25,733 nt of DNA from a virus (taxonomy: Duplodnaviria; Caudoviricetes): the IMG/VR virus record IMGVR_UViG_3300025687_000286, positions 1 through 25,733 of that record; one strand, written 5' to 3'. The notes below the pieces were generated by a model, which saw nothing but the letters and a program-made list of their open reading frames with translations, was not told the DNA's origin and searched no databases. The translations under genes and the position numbers were made by a program. Every line of letters starts with the position of its first letter. Position 1 is the first letter of the stretch. Below are positions 25,617 to 25,733 of the stretch, piece by piece.

Positions 25617-25733
25617 ATTTACTCCAGTTAATCAGAGTAAATTTTTAGGAAAGAAAGATCCGATTTATCGTAGTCTGTGGGAACGCAGGTTTATGATTTA
25701 TTGCGATCGATCTGGCGCTATTAAATTTTGGGA
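25585..25733 (+). CDS. Head completion nuclease, T4 gp4-like (TnsA-N / PD-(D/E)XK family), 3'-truncated
   Basis: Not in the ORF track. My translation is MNFKNSAIKGKFTPVNQSKFLGKKDPIYRSLWERRFMIYCDRSGAIKFW, matching the gp4 N-terminal pattern GKxxPxNxxKYxG...YRSxWE...D...W. It overlaps the upstream ORF by 32 nt. Confidence 0.85.
   Translation, partial: MNFKNSAIKGKFTPVNQSKFLGKKDPIYRSLWERRFMIYCDRSGAIKFW

Noticed and set aside
1-25733. Stop-codon reassignment, as in some large phages
   Set aside because: Genes tile the window under the standard code, including a 13.3-kb ORF. The stops are TAA and one TGA. TAG is not used in the called genes, so there is no positive evidence.
25585-25733. Tn7-like transposon (TnsA)
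   Set aside because: The motif fits the phage gp4 subfamily, and no transposon ends or TnsB/C genes are visible in the window.

Overview
A gene-dense, AT-rich, single-strand (+) block from a large contractile-tailed (myovirus-type, probably jumbo) phage. It covers the baseplate and tail-distal structural module. In order: a 5'-truncated baseplate-hub-like protein; a gp5/VgrG-like central spike; a 418-aa protein with a lysozyme-like N-terminal half and a Gly-rich tail; gp25-like and enlarged gp6-like wedge proteins; a 4440-aa multidomain structural protein; a small conserved baseplate/fibre-attachment protein; a fibre-like protein with a peptidase-G2-like C-terminal chaperone; a Thr-rich virion protein; an intrinsic terminator; a small hypothetical; and the start of a T4 gp4-like head-completion nuclease that the ORF track missed. 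T4/cyanophage-type late promoter boxes (NATAAATA) sit in three intergenic gaps. No RNA genes, CRISPR arrays or mobile elements are visible. The most notable observations are the architecture of the giant protein (seven FG-GAP blades interrupted by inserted domains, a nested domain, and a dispersed period-5 aromatic-Asp motif), the apparently inactive lysozyme-like partner coupled to the spike, and candidate leaderless transcripts. All family assignments come from motif recognition by eye; no database search was run.
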